The position numbers were made by a program, and so were the translations under genes. A model generated the notes under the pieces. It saw only the letters and a program-made list of their open reading frames with translations. It was not told the origin of the DNA and made no database searches. From Bacteroidota bacterium (GTDB lineage Bacteria > Bacteroidota > Bacteroidia > Bacteroidales > WCHB1-69), in contig JAEZOU010000003.1 in the NCBI GenBank assembly GCA_023413895.1, positions 62,254 to 126,253 on the forward strand: 64,000 bases of DNA. The letters run 5' to 3'. How positions within the stretch are numbered: the stretch's first letter is position 1; each line of letters starts with the position of its first letter. This document shows positions 39,949 to 50,021 of the stretch, piece after piece.

Positions 39949-40362
39949 ATGAAGAGATACGTTGCACTATTTTTTATCATTCTCACCAATGCAATTCTAT
40001 TTGCTCATGCAATAGTTCCGCATCACCATCACGGAATGATTATAGTGTGGCATCTTCACGGAACAACGGAAAAAGTTCCTCACACAGAGGATACCACACC
40101 TTGTCCCTGTCAACGGCAGGAGAAACAAGACACCGAACCCTCTTGCCTGTTGAACCAACCTGTGATTCTTCCCTCAACACATAATTTTGCTATTTTCTCT
40201 CCTTCATTCGAAATACCCAATCCATTACACATTGAATATCAACCTCTAATAGAGGAGATTGAATTATCGTCATTCTATAATCAAAACATTCTAAAAATCC
40301 CTGACCGAAATCAAAAGCCTATGGTCAGAGGTTGGTCAACACTAGCTCCACCGATTTGTTAA
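39949..40362 (+). CDS. small His-rich membrane/secreted protein (HAIVPHHHHG)
   Basis: 137 aa. Hydrophobic N-terminus, then a PHHHH run and a CPC pair. It starts 1 nt after the receptor stop and lies upstream of the RND efflux operon. Confidence 0.5.
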   Translation: MKRYVALFFIILTNAILFAHAIVPHHHHGMIIVWHLHGTTEKVPHTEDTTPCPCQRQEKQDTEPSCLLNQPVILPSTHNFAIFSPSFEIPNPLHIEYQPLIEEIELSSFYNQNILKIPDRNQKPMVRGWSTLAPPIC

Positions 40363-40425
40363 CTTGTACACTTTTTGAAAATCACAATCTATTCTAAAAA
40401 CACAAGTTAATTAAATCAATATATA

Positions 40426-41952
40426 ATGAAGAAATTATTTTTTATTCTTCTTACGTCTATTTTTTTTGCATCATGTGGACATAAGGAGGAAGCTCATAAT
40501 CATGACCATCACGGTCATAGTCACGAACATGAACACGAACATAACGCTAAACTTCATCTAACGGGGTATAATGATACTTTTGAAGTTTATGCGGAAGCAG
40601 ATCCATTCGTAACGGGCCAAGAATCTACTATCTTAACACACATCACTTGGCTGAATAGCTTTAAACCTCTATCATCAGGCAAAGTAACTGCCACATTAAA
40701 TGTTGGAGGCAAACAACACATCTACAAAGCAGACCTGCCAATTCAAGCGGGTATTTTTAGAATTGTTATTACGCCAGAAGAATCTGGTACTGCAACTCTT
40801 ACCTATAAAATAGAGACGCGTGACAGCACATCTACTATCGAAATAAAGGGTATCGATATTTATACAGATGAGCATGAAGCTCACGAAATGGCAGAGGCAA
40901 TTACTCCGAAAAGTATCAACGGCATAAACTTTACTAAAGAACAGGGTTGGGAAGTAGATTTTGCTACAGAACAAGCTACGTATGAACCTTTTGGACAAAG
41001 CATTAAAACGATAGCTCAAGTACAACCTACACCTAACGATGACCGCGTTGTTACTGCAAAAAGTTCTGGAATCATTCTTTTGCCACACAATGCACTTTAT
41101 GCAGGGTCAACAGTAACAACTGGCCAACAAATCTGCACGATTACAAGTCAGGGAATGGAATCAAACAACTTAGGTATTCGCTTTATCGAAGCTCAAAACA
41201 ACTACACAACCTCAAAAGAGAACTACGAGCGCAATATGCAGTTAGCAAAAGATAAAATTGTATCGCAGAAGGAGTTATCCGAATCTAAACGTGAATATGA
41301 AAACTGCAAAGCTATTTATGACAACATGCTTAAAAACTTCAATTCTGGAAGTGAAACTGTTAGTTCTCCTATTAATGGATATGTCAAAGAAATCTTTGTT
41401 CAAAATGGAACTTTTGTTGAAGTAGGAACCCCAATAATGACAATTTCTGAAAATCGTGATCTAATTCTAATTGCAGAAGTTCAACAGAAATATCTTCCTC
41501 TTCTTGCCAACCTTTATACGGCAAACATTCGCAATCCACACAACAACACCTACATTTCATTAGATTCCTTAGAAGGGAAAATTATTTCTTACGGAAAATC
41601 CTTACAATCTGATTGTTACCTTATTCCTGTAACAATGCAAATTCGTAATACAAACCACTTTGTTGCAGGAGAATTGTTAGACATTTACCTCAAGACACGT
41701 TCTTCCGAATCTGTAATCAGTGTACCAACAAGCGCCATACTCGAAGAACAGGGAACCTACTATGTAATGGTGCAACTTTATCCAGAACTATTTGAAAAAC
41801 GAGAAGTTAAATTAGGTGTAAGCGATGGACAGCGTACTGAAATTAAGCAAGGTATCAAAGCACACGAACGCATTGTTAGCCGAGGTGCAACCATTGTAAA
41901 ACTCTCTCAAGCCAGCGGAAGTCTAGATCCTCACGCAGGTCATGTTCACTAA
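40426..41952 (+). CDS. efflux RND periplasmic adaptor (CzcB/CusB-like) lipoprotein with His-rich termini
   Basis: 508 aa. Lipobox FFASCG. The N-terminal tract is HNHDHHGHSHEHEHEHN and the C-terminus is DPHAGHVH. It shows the HlyD/MFP barrel-sandwich pattern. Confidence 0.8.
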   Translation: MKKLFFILLTSIFFASCGHKEEAHNHDHHGHSHEHEHEHNAKLHLTGYNDTFEVYAEADPFVTGQESTILTHITWLNSFKPLSSGKVTATLNVGGKQHIYKADLPIQAGIFRIVITPEESGTATLTYKIETRDSTSTIEIKGIDIYTDEHEAHEMAEAITPKSINGINFTKEQGWEVDFATEQATYEPFGQSIKTIAQVQPTPNDDRVVTAKSSGIILLPHNALYAGSTVTTGQQICTITSQGMESNNLGIRFIEAQNNYTTSKENYERNMQLAKDKIVSQKELSESKREYENCKAIYDNMLKNFNSGSETVSSPINGYVKEIFVQNGTFVEVGTPIMTISENRDLILIAEVQQKYLPLLANLYTANIRNPHNNTYISLDSLEGKIISYGKSLQSDCYLIPVTMQIRNTNHFVAGELLDIYLKTRSSESVISVPTSAILEEQGTYYVMVQLYPELFEKREVKLGVSDGQRTEIKQGIKAHERIVSRGATIVKLSQASGSLDPHAGHVH

Positions 41953-41973
41953 CCCTTTAATTTTCTGAATATT

Positions 41974-44900
41974 ATGTTGGATAAAATCATAAAATTCTCA
42001 CTAAACAACAAATTTTTTATCATTGTTTGTTATTTAGTGTTAACGATAGCAGGTATATACTCTGCACGTCAAATGGATATTGATGTATTTCCGGACCTTA
42101 CAGCACCAACGGTAGTCGTAATGACTGATTGCCACGGTATGGCTTCAGAAGAGGTAGAAAAACTCGTCACCTACCCTATTGAAACAGCTGTAAATGGGGC
42201 TGTTGGCGTTCGTCGTGTTCGCTCTAGTTCCTCACAAGGTTTCTCTTTTGTGTGGGTTGAATTTGATTGGGGTGAAGATATTTTCCGTGCACGACAGATT
42301 GTAAGTGAAAAACTTGCAACTATCAATGCACAGATGCCAGATGGTATTGACCAACCCACTTTGGCTCCACAATCTAGCGTAATGGGAGAAATATTTTTTG
42401 TATCGCTGCAAGCAGATAGCACCTCAATGCTTGACTTACGCACGCTTGCCGATTGGACCTTGAAGCCACTCATTTTAGCAACAGGAGGAGTTTCTCAAGT
42501 TACCGTAATTGGCGGTGACCACAAACAATATCAAATACTTGCAGACCCACAACGAATGGGCTACTACGGCGTCTCATCTGGAGAACTTATTGAAGCTTGC
42601 AAAAGTATCAATGACAACTCCTCCGGAAACGTAGTGAGACAATATGGAAACGAATATGTGGTACGAGGAATTGCACGAACATCTGATCTTAATGAGTTAG
42701 GAAACACCTATATCAAATCAATGAATGGTAAACCTATACGCATCAACGATGTTGCTGAGGTGAAAATAGGAGCATCAACAAAGATGGGACATGCTGCTGA
42801 AAACACTAAACCATCTGTTGTTCTTTCCATCTCCAAGCAACCCAATATCAACACATTAAATGTTACGAAGGCAATTGAGAAAAATCTCAAAGAAATTCAA
42901 AAAACATTACCTCCTGATGTAAAAGTGAATACTGAAATCTTCCGCCAATCTGACTTTATCGAAACCGCTGTTCACAATGTCGGTCGTGCTATTTTAGAAG
43001 GTGGTATTCTCGTTATCGTTATTCTACTACTTTTCCTCGGAAATTTCCGTACCACCATTATTTCTCTACTTGCTATTCCCTTATCTTTATTAGGTTCAAT
43101 CATTGTGCTAAATCTTTTAGGTATGACCATAAATACAATGAGTTTGGGAGGTATGGCCATTGCCATTGGCTCGTTGGTTGACGATGCGATTATCGATGTA
43201 GAAAATGTTTATAAACGACTCAGACAAAATAGATTAAAACCGAAAGAGGAGAGAGAGTTAGACTTTGATGTGGTTTTCCACGCCTCTTCAGAAATCCGCT
43301 CCTCTATTATGAATGCTACATTGATTATTATGGCAACATTTCTTCCGCTTTTCTTCTTATCAGGAATGGAAGGAAGAATGCTTCACTCATTGGGTATCAG
43401 CTTTTTAGTTTCGTTATTCATCTCTCTTATTGTAGCAATGACTCTCACGCCACTGCTTTCAAAAATGCTCCTAACAAATGAAAAATTCCTAAGTAAAAAC
43501 GAAGAGGATAAATGGCTAGTTAGAAACATTACACAGTTATATAAACGCTCTCTAACTTGGGTATTGGATCACAAAAAGTGGGTTGTGAGCTCAGTTTTAG
43601 TACTATTCCTCATTTCAGTGATACTTTTCTCACGTTTCGGACATAGTTTCCTGCCTGAGTTTAATGAAGGAAGTTTAACCATTGCTGTAGTTACCAAACC
43701 TGGTACATCACTAGAAGAAAGTGATAACATTGGACGATTAGTAGAGCAGGAACTGCTTTCCATTCCAGAGGTGCGCAGTACTTGCCGTAGAACGGGACGC
43801 GGGGAATTAGACGAACACTCCCAAGCTACCAATAGTGCAGAGATTGATGTCAACTTCGATTTAATGGAGCGGGATCAAGAGAAATTTTTAGCAGAGGTCA
43901 GAGAAAAACTCGCTCAAATTCCTGGGATAGCATCTTCTGTAGGGCAACCGCTCGGGCACCGCATTGACCACATGCTCTCTGGAACTCGTGCTAATATTGC
44001 CATCAAAATCTTCGGAACTGACTTAAATAAAATGTACTTGGTAGGAGAAGAGATTAAACAAGCTGTGAGTGGAATTGATGGACTTGTAGATGTTTCCGTA
44101 GATCAACAAGTGGAGGTTCCTCAACTTCAAATTCGCGCTAACCGCGAGAAATTAGCTTTTTATGGTATTTCTTTGGAAACTTTCAATCAATATATTAACT
44201 ATCTATTGGGAGGAGAAAAAATTACGGACATCTACGAAGGGCAATGCAAATATGATTTGGTTGTTAAATTAGCAGGCGATTATATTCACTCTATTGATGA
44301 GATAAAAAATGCACTGATAGATACATACGATGGAAAGAAAATTCCCCTTGAACAAGTTGCAGACATCGTTTCCGTATCGGGGCCCAATAGTATTAGTCGT
44401 GAAAATGTACAACGAAAAATTGTAGTCTCAGCCAATGTTGCAGGTGGAGACCTAAGTGGATGCGTTGAGCAGATTGAAAAAAACATTACCGAGAAAGTAC
44501 AACTTCCTGAAGGCTATCGCATTGAATATGGTGGTCAATTTGAAAGTGCAGAAAAAGCTTCTAAAACATTGACTCTTCTTGCTATTGCAGCTGTTTTTGT
44601 TATATTTATGCTTTTATATCGAGAATTTCACAATACGAAATTAGCGTCTCTTGTACTTTTAAATCTTCCTTTAGCCTTGATTGGCGGCGTTTTTGCTATC
44701 CAATTCAGTTCTGGCATTCTTAGTATTCCTGCCATTATCGGTTTTATCTCCCTTTTCGGAATTGCAACACGAAACGGACTTCTTTTAGTATCTGGTTATG
44801 AACGTCTTCGTAACCAAGGAATTGCTATTGACCAAATCATTATTCAAGGTTCGTGCGACCGCCTCAATGCCATTTTGATGACAGCACTAACAGGTGCTTT

Positions 44901-45057
44901 AGCATTAATTCCGATGGCAATTAACGGAAACGCATCGGGTAATGAAATTCAGAGTCCAATGGCAATTGTAATTTTGGGAGGATTAATAACATCCACAATA
45001 TTAAATATTTATATCGTTCCAATTATCTATATCTGGTTACATAAAAAACTGAATTAA
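41974..45057 (+). CDS. CusA/CzcA-family heavy-metal efflux RND transporter
   Basis: 1027 aa with 12-TM RND architecture. GGMAIAIGSLVDDAIIDVENV is the HME-type TM4 motif. Confidence 0.9.
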   Translation: MLDKIIKFSLNNKFFIIVCYLVLTIAGIYSARQMDIDVFPDLTAPTVVVMTDCHGMASEEVEKLVTYPIETAVNGAVGVRRVRSSSSQGFSFVWVEFDWGEDIFRARQIVSEKLATINAQMPDGIDQPTLAPQSSVMGEIFFVSLQADSTSMLDLRTLADWTLKPLILATGGVSQVTVIGGDHKQYQILADPQRMGYYGVSSGELIEACKSINDNSSGNVVRQYGNEYVVRGIARTSDLNELGNTYIKSMNGKPIRINDVAEVKIGASTKMGHAAENTKPSVVLSISKQPNINTLNVTKAIEKNLKEIQKTLPPDVKVNTEIFRQSDFIETAVHNVGRAILEGGILVIVILLLFLGNFRTTIISLLAIPLSLLGSIIVLNLLGMTINTMSLGGMAIAIGSLVDDAIIDVENVYKRLRQNRLKPKEERELDFDVVFHASSEIRSSIMNATLIIMATFLPLFFLSGMEGRMLHSLGISFLVSLFISLIVAMTLTPLLSKMLLTNEKFLSKNEEDKWLVRNITQLYKRSLTWVLDHKKWVVSSVLVLFLISVILFSRFGHSFLPEFNEGSLTIAVVTKPGTSLEESDNIGRLVEQELLSIPEVRSTCRRTGRGELDEHSQATNSAEIDVNFDLMERDQEKFLAEVREKLAQIPGIASSVGQPLGHRIDHMLSGTRANIAIKIFGTDLNKMYLVGEEIKQAVSGIDGLVDVSVDQQVEVPQLQIRANREKLAFYGISLETFNQYINYLLGGEKITDIYEGQCKYDLVVKLAGDYIHSIDEIKNALIDTYDGKKIPLEQVADIVSVSGPNSISRENVQRKIVVSANVAGGDLSGCVEQIEKNITEKVQLPEGYRIEYGGQFESAEKASKTLTLLAIAAVFVIFMLLYREFHNTKLASLVLLNLPLALIGGVFAIQFSSGILSIPAIIGFISLFGIATRNGLLLVSGYERLRNQGIAIDQIIIQGSCDRLNAILMTALTGALALIPMAINGNASGNEIQSPMAIVILGGLITSTILNIYIVPIIYIWLHKKLN

Positions 45058-45060
45058 AGT

Positions 45061-46236
45061 ATGAAAAGAATCCATATAACTATATTCGTAATCTTGTTTA
45101 CATTTCCGCTATGGAGTGCGAGCCAAACGTTAAATCAGATTCTCAACACTATCGAAAACAACAACCTAACTTTAAAAGCTTTCCACCAATTAGGAGAATC
45201 TGAAAAAGTAAGTAACAAAGTAGGCATTGCACCGAGCAACCCGAGTGTTGATTTTACTTACGCATGGGGTTCCCCAAATATGGGAAATAAGATTGCACTT
45301 TCCGCAAGTCAAAACTTCTATTTCCCTTCGGTTTACGTTAGAAAAAGTCAGATAGCAAACCTCCGAAATGACCAAGTTGACTTGAATTACCAAATAAAAC
45401 GAAACGAAATTTTGGGTGCAGCAGCTCAAGTTTGCAATGAAATTGTCTTCTACAATGCTCTCCTTCAGGATTTGGAAAAATGTGCAAAAAATATTACGGG
45501 ATTATCTGAAATTTACAAAAAAAAATTAGATGCTGGCTCCTGCAATATTTTTGAATACAATAAATTTAAAATCAATGCTTTAAATATTGAACAAGAGATA
45601 ATTTTGAAAAAAATAGAACGAGATGCACTTCTTCGTAATCTGGTTACACTAAATGGAGGCGTTCCTATAGAAATATCTCAAAATGAGGTTATTATAGATA
45701 ACTTTGAAAAAGATTTTGAAGTTTGGTATCAAAATGCTGAACAGAAAAATCCATTACTACAAATTCAAAATAAAGAGATTGAAGTAAGCAAACGTCAAGT
45801 CCAATTAGCACAAGGAATGTACGCACCTCAATTCAAAGTAGGATATGCCTTAGAACATCTGCCATCTGAACAATTTAGTGGTATTACTGCAGGAATTTCC
45901 ATCCCTCTTTGGGAAAATCTAAATTCTGTCAAACATTCTCAAGCACAAAGGATTGCAACGCAAGCTATCGCCTACGACAGCAAAACGCAATTCTACAACG
46001 AAATGAAAACCATTCATGCCCGTTTGATAGCGCTACTTCAGATAAGCCAAGAGTACCGCGAAAGTATTGTACAAATTGAGAATTTAGACCATATTACTCG
46101 CGCTTTGGAAAGCGGAGAAATCTCCATCGAAGAATTTTTCTTGGAATATAGCGCATTTCACGACAGCCACGTTACGCTACTTAACATACTGCTTGAAGCG
46201 GCTCAGTGCCGTGCAAAGTTGCATCTTTATGAGTAA
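45061..46236 (+). CDS. TolC/CzcC-like outer membrane efflux protein
   Basis: 391 aa with a signal peptide and two-repeat coiled OEP architecture. It starts 3 nt after the RND pump gene. Confidence 0.75.
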   Translation: MKRIHITIFVILFTFPLWSASQTLNQILNTIENNNLTLKAFHQLGESEKVSNKVGIAPSNPSVDFTYAWGSPNMGNKIALSASQNFYFPSVYVRKSQIANLRNDQVDLNYQIKRNEILGAAAQVCNEIVFYNALLQDLEKCAKNITGLSEIYKKKLDAGSCNIFEYNKFKINALNIEQEIILKKIERDALLRNLVTLNGGVPIEISQNEVIIDNFEKDFEVWYQNAEQKNPLLQIQNKEIEVSKRQVQLAQGMYAPQFKVGYALEHLPSEQFSGITAGISIPLWENLNSVKHSQAQRIATQAIAYDSKTQFYNEMKTIHARLIALLQISQEYRESIVQIENLDHITRALESGEISIEEFFLEYSAFHDSHVTLLNILLEAAQCRAKLHLYE

Positions 46237-46256
46237 TTTGGTAAACATCTAAGAAA

Positions 46257-46287
46257 AAAGCTAACTAAAATATGGTTAGCTTTTTTT
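46257..46287 (+). terminator. hairpin + T-run after the efflux operon
   Basis: AAAGCTAAC-9 nt-GTTAGCTTT followed by a T run. Confidence 0.6.
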
Positions 46288-46355
46288 CTATTGATGCTAA
46301 ATAATTGAATTTCTAATTCCGAGATTATTTTAGAGTAAGTAACACAAAATTTATG

Positions 46356-46363
46356 TATCTTTG
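46356..46363 (+). promoter_or_regulatory. -7 promoter box for mtnN
   Basis: TATCTTTG lies inside the longest listed ORF, which argues for a downstream start codon. Confidence 0.5.
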
Positions 46364-46373
46364 CAGGATTAAA

Positions 46374-47150
46374 ATGTTACTGATGAAAAAATCACCGATT
46401 GGAATTCTCTGCGCAATGCAGGAAGAAGTTGCGGACATTCTAAAGTGCATCGAAAATGCAGTGCAAACTGAAATTGGATGTCGTACCTATTACAAAGGAA
46501 CTATCTGTGAGCAAGAAGTGGTAGTCGTTTTCTCGCGATGGGGAAAAGTGGGCGCAGCCACAACAACGACAATGCTAATCGACCATTTTAAAGTTTCGGA
46601 AATTATTTTTGTGGGCACTGCTGGCGCACTCAACGCAGAACTTAACGTGGGCGACATCGTTATTGGTAAGCAGTTTCTCCAACACGATTTTAATTGTGCC
46701 CCCATTCTTAAACCTTACGAATTACCATTTATCAAACGCAGATTTTTGGAGGCTGCAGATACTCAAATTCAAAAAGCAGAGAAAGCGGTTTCCACATTTT
46801 TACAACCCCATAACTTCACACAATCTTTCTCTCAAGAGCAACGGGAACTTTTCCATCTGCAAAATCCTAAATATAAAGTCGGTCAGATTGCCAGCGGTGA
46901 TTCATTTTTCTCAACAGATAAGCAAAAACAAGAACTTCTTGAAAAATTTCCATCACTCCTATGCGTTGAAATGGAAGGTGCTGCCGTAGCACAAGTCTGC
47001 TACGAATATGAAATACCTCTCACCGTAATTCGTGTTATTTCAGACTCTGCAAACGACAATGCCACTATTGACTTCAATAAATTTATCAAGGAAGTAGCTG
47101 CAAACTACTCAAAACAGATTGTATTAAACTTATTAAATCCAATATTATGA
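46374..47150 (+). CDS. mtnN: 5'-methylthioadenosine/S-adenosylhomocysteine nucleosidase
   Basis: IGILCAMQEE, FVGTAGAL, VEMEGAAVAQVC and IRVISD motifs. The start is at 46374 or 46383, since the listed start at 46353 precedes the promoter box. Confidence 0.8.
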   Translation: MLLMKKSPIGILCAMQEEVADILKCIENAVQTEIGCRTYYKGTICEQEVVVVFSRWGKVGAATTTTMLIDHFKVSEIIFVGTAGALNAELNVGDIVIGKQFLQHDFNCAPILKPYELPFIKRRFLEAADTQIQKAEKAVSTFLQPHNFTQSFSQEQRELFHLQNPKYKVGQIASGDSFFSTDKQKQELLEKFPSLLCVEMEGAAVAQVCYEYEIPLTVIRVISDSANDNATIDFNKFIKEVAANYSKQIVLNLLNPIL

Positions 47151-48121
47151 AAAAAATATCTTTATTATGCACACTAATTTTTGCTATTTTATTCGTTAAC
47201 GCACAAGATTTTCCATCAAATGGTGATTTTGAGGACTGGACAAGCTCCACTAAACCTGAAGGTTGGACATTAGAAATCGAAGGAACTTTTGAAAACACAA
47301 TTCCGATAACCTATCCTTTAGGAGCTAGAACTTCTGATGCACATTCAGGAAGTTACGCTGTAAAGCTTACTCCTTCACAAATTCCTATGTCAGAAATGAC
47401 AATTCCTGGCGTTTGCCAACTGGGAAGTTCTGAAAGCGTTAATCTTACCTTGGAGGATATTGAAACTTTGGTAAATTTCACTAACAGCGACTTTACCAAC
47501 TTCGATATGAATATGATTACTACCCTTTCTGAATTCAGCCACATTATGGCCCACGGAGTACCTGTTGACGAAATACCAAGTGAAGTCAGAGCTTGGATAA
47601 AATTTCACCCTTATGCAGGAAGCACAGATAAAGCAACCTTTATGGCTGTAGCTTTCAGCACACTCTTCTCTGTAAAAATTCCTACTGCCTACGGAATCTA
47701 TACAACAGAAGAAACGATTAGTGATTATCAACAAATTCAATTTCCACTTCAACAACTTGCACCTGGTGCAAGCTGCGATTCAATTATTCTTCTAATGATG
47801 GTAAGTGGAACAGAATCTAGCTTACAATCAGCACTTTATATTGATGATGTAACAATGCTTTTTGACACATGGGGAATTGATGAAACTGATAATTTCGTTC
47901 AAATTTACCCAAATCCAGCAAACGATGTGCTTACAATTTGCAACGAAGTTAGCGGTGATTTTAGCATTCGTCTCTATGATATGACGGGCAAAGTTCTTCT
48001 TGAAGAAAAAAATATATCCGAGAAAATTACTATCAACACCTCCAAATTTGCTCCAGGAAACTATATTGTACAAATTTCACAAAACAATACGCTTACACAT
48101 CAAAAGGTAATCATTTATTAA
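47147..48121 (+). CDS. secreted protein with a T9SS (Por) C-terminal sorting domain
   Basis: 324 aa with a signal peptide. The C-terminal ~75 aa (VQIYPNPANDVLTI...GNYIVQISQNN...KVIIY) match the T9SS CTD pattern. ATGA overlap with mtnN. Confidence 0.75.
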   Translation: MKKISLLCTLIFAILFVNAQDFPSNGDFEDWTSSTKPEGWTLEIEGTFENTIPITYPLGARTSDAHSGSYAVKLTPSQIPMSEMTIPGVCQLGSSESVNLTLEDIETLVNFTNSDFTNFDMNMITTLSEFSHIMAHGVPVDEIPSEVRAWIKFHPYAGSTDKATFMAVAFSTLFSVKIPTAYGIYTTEETISDYQQIQFPLQQLAPGASCDSIILLMMVSGTESSLQSALYIDDVTMLFDTWGIDETDNFVQIYPNPANDVLTICNEVSGDFSIRLYDMTGKVLLEEKNISEKITINTSKFAPGNYIVQISQNNTLTHQKVIIY

Positions 48122-48126
48122 TATAG

Positions 48127-49077
48127 ATGAAACTTTGGTTAGCCCCACTACACGGTATTACTTATTACTACTTCCGTAATACTTTTTTACGCCATTTTTC
48201 AGGAATAGATGCTATCATCACTCCCTTTGTCCCCGTACAAGAAACGAACAAATTAAATGTAGGGAAGTGGTTAGATTTTCATTCTGAAAACAACCCTTTT
48301 TGCGATATTATTCCCCAATTAATGGGTAATATTCCTGCTCATTTTACGGACACAATTCGCGCACTACAAGACCGTTACGGATTTACTCAATTCAATTGGA
48401 ATATTGGTTGTCCGATGAATGCAATTGTCCGCAAACAGCGAGGTTGCGGAATTATGCCCTTCCCAGATAAGATTGAAACTGTTGTGGAAGAGGTATTTAG
48501 CAAAACGAACTGCAAATTTTCTCTTAAAATGAGATTAGGTCTCGAAAACCGCGATGAAGCATACCAAATTATAGAACGCCTCGCCCCCTACCCCATTGAT
48601 TTTTGGGTGATTCATCCACGATTAGGAATTGAACAGTACGCCTATACTGTTGATTTAGAAAACTTTGCAATGTTACTAACTATAACAAATACTCCAATTG
48701 TATATAGCGGAGATATTCTGACTCCTAACGATGTTCTCGTATTGCAAGAAAGATTTCCACAAATTGACAATATTATGTTAGGTCGCGGAATCTTAAAAAA
48801 TCCATTTTTAGCAGAACAGATACAAAAAAAATCTTCTTCTGCCGCAGCAGAAGAAGATTGGAAGATTCGCTTTTATAATTTCTACAAGGATTTAGCCTCA
48901 ACTTATTTGTCGATCAAACCAGAAAATGCTACTCTTGCAAATTTTAAAGAACTTTGGCACTATTTTTCCATTCTTTACAAGCTTACACCCTTGCAGCTCC
49001 AACAACTTTTGCGTATTAAATCGTGGGACGATTTCTTCGCAAAAACGTTAGAGATTATCGTCTCTGAACACGTTTAA
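48127..49077 (+). CDS. tRNA-dihydrouridine synthase family protein
   Basis: 316 aa with a Dus-like NIGCPMNAIVRKQRGCG segment and TIM-barrel pattern. Confidence 0.7.
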   Translation: MKLWLAPLHGITYYYFRNTFLRHFSGIDAIITPFVPVQETNKLNVGKWLDFHSENNPFCDIIPQLMGNIPAHFTDTIRALQDRYGFTQFNWNIGCPMNAIVRKQRGCGIMPFPDKIETVVEEVFSKTNCKFSLKMRLGLENRDEAYQIIERLAPYPIDFWVIHPRLGIEQYAYTVDLENFAMLLTITNTPIVYSGDILTPNDVLVLQERFPQIDNIMLGRGILKNPFLAEQIQKKSSSAAAEEDWKIRFYNFYKDLASTYLSIKPENATLANFKELWHYFSILYKLTPLQLQQLLRIKSWDDFFAKTLEIIVSEHV

Positions 49078-49990
49078 TTGTCAAATGTTTTTGAGACCAA
49101 GGAGAATACACTGCTGATTGTGTTTCAATTGTAATAATTTCACTTTCTTCATCATGAAAACTATTTAAATGAAGGTGAAGAGCAGTTGCAATTGCTGCAA
49201 TTTCTTGTCCTGTAATTGATTCCTCATCTTTAACCAATTCTGGCTTTGGAGTTGAGGTTGAGGTTGCAGTTGCTTGTTGTGCTGCGGCATTCATTTTCTG
49301 TTTTTTACGATTAAATATTCCGAACACTTTCAACATTATATAGATCAACACAAGAGCACTAAACACTACAGCCATTGAGATAACAGCTAAACCTACTCCA
49401 AATGGATCAGACTTCATCAACTTTTCCGACTTTGTAACATCCATATCAACTTTGTTTGTAGATCCAGGAGTAAAATAATCTAAGTATCCTAATTCAGGTT
49501 CTCCATCAACGATAGCGCCGAAAGATTTATCCGAATTTCTCAAACTTGCAGGATAAGGGAAAATATGAATCAAAGTCTTTGCATTAGAACTGATAAGTGC
49601 CACATAATTATTCTTAGATTCATTAGGATCGAAATTTGTATGGAAAGTTCCATACAATGCGCTATTATCAAGATAGAAAACTATATGACCTCTTTGAGGA
49701 ATTTGCGTTTTAACATCAGTTGATGGAATTCTATACCAATTAGGATTTCCATTACCTGCGGCAAGTCCTGTAGTATCATCTGTCAAATAACAACCTGCGA
49801 TGTTTACAGTGTTATAAGAAGTGTTAAAAATTTCAACCCAAGGAGTATGACGGCCATACTCGTCGATAAAATTCTTTTCATTTTTAATGAGTAATTCATT
49901 GATTCGCAAATCTGTAATCTGTTGTCCAAAAGTAACAGAAACAGAGAAGACTGCAACCAAAAGAATACACAGACGTTTAATATTTTTCAT
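49055..49990 (-). CDS. lamin-tail-domain / OadG-like membrane protein (decarboxylase gamma-type subunit)
   Basis: 311 aa. Signal peptide, LTD-like N-domain (LRINELL...WVEIFN...CYLTDD), one TM helix, and a C-terminal ITGQEIAAIATALHLHL OadG-like tail. It lies downstream of the carboxyltransferase gene. The 3' end overlaps dus by 23 nt. Confidence 0.6.
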   Translation of the reverse strand: MKNIKRLCILLVAVFSVSVTFGQQITDLRINELLIKNEKNFIDEYGRHTPWVEIFNTSYNTVNIAGCYLTDDTTGLAAGNGNPNWYRIPSTDVKTQIPQRGHIVFYLDNSALYGTFHTNFDPNESKNNYVALISSNAKTLIHIFPYPASLRNSDKSFGAIVDGEPELGYLDYFTPGSTNKVDMDVTKSEKLMKSDPFGVGLAVISMAVVFSALVLIYIMLKVFGIFNRKKQKMNAAAQQATATSTSTPKPELVKDEESITGQEIAAIATALHLHLNSFHDEESEIITIETQSAVYSPWSQKHLTIKRVQRR

Positions 49991-50021
49991 TGTGTTTCAA
50001 TTAAAAATTAGCAATTACTTC

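Noticed and set aside
49055-49077. Convergent 3' overlaps (dus with the LTD/OadG-like gene, 23 nt; the Omp85-like gene with the anti-sigma gene at 54454-54457, 4 nt) as antisense regulation
   Set aside because: Short convergent overlaps are common in compact genomes, and there is no additional structure or motif. They are noted only as annotation detail.
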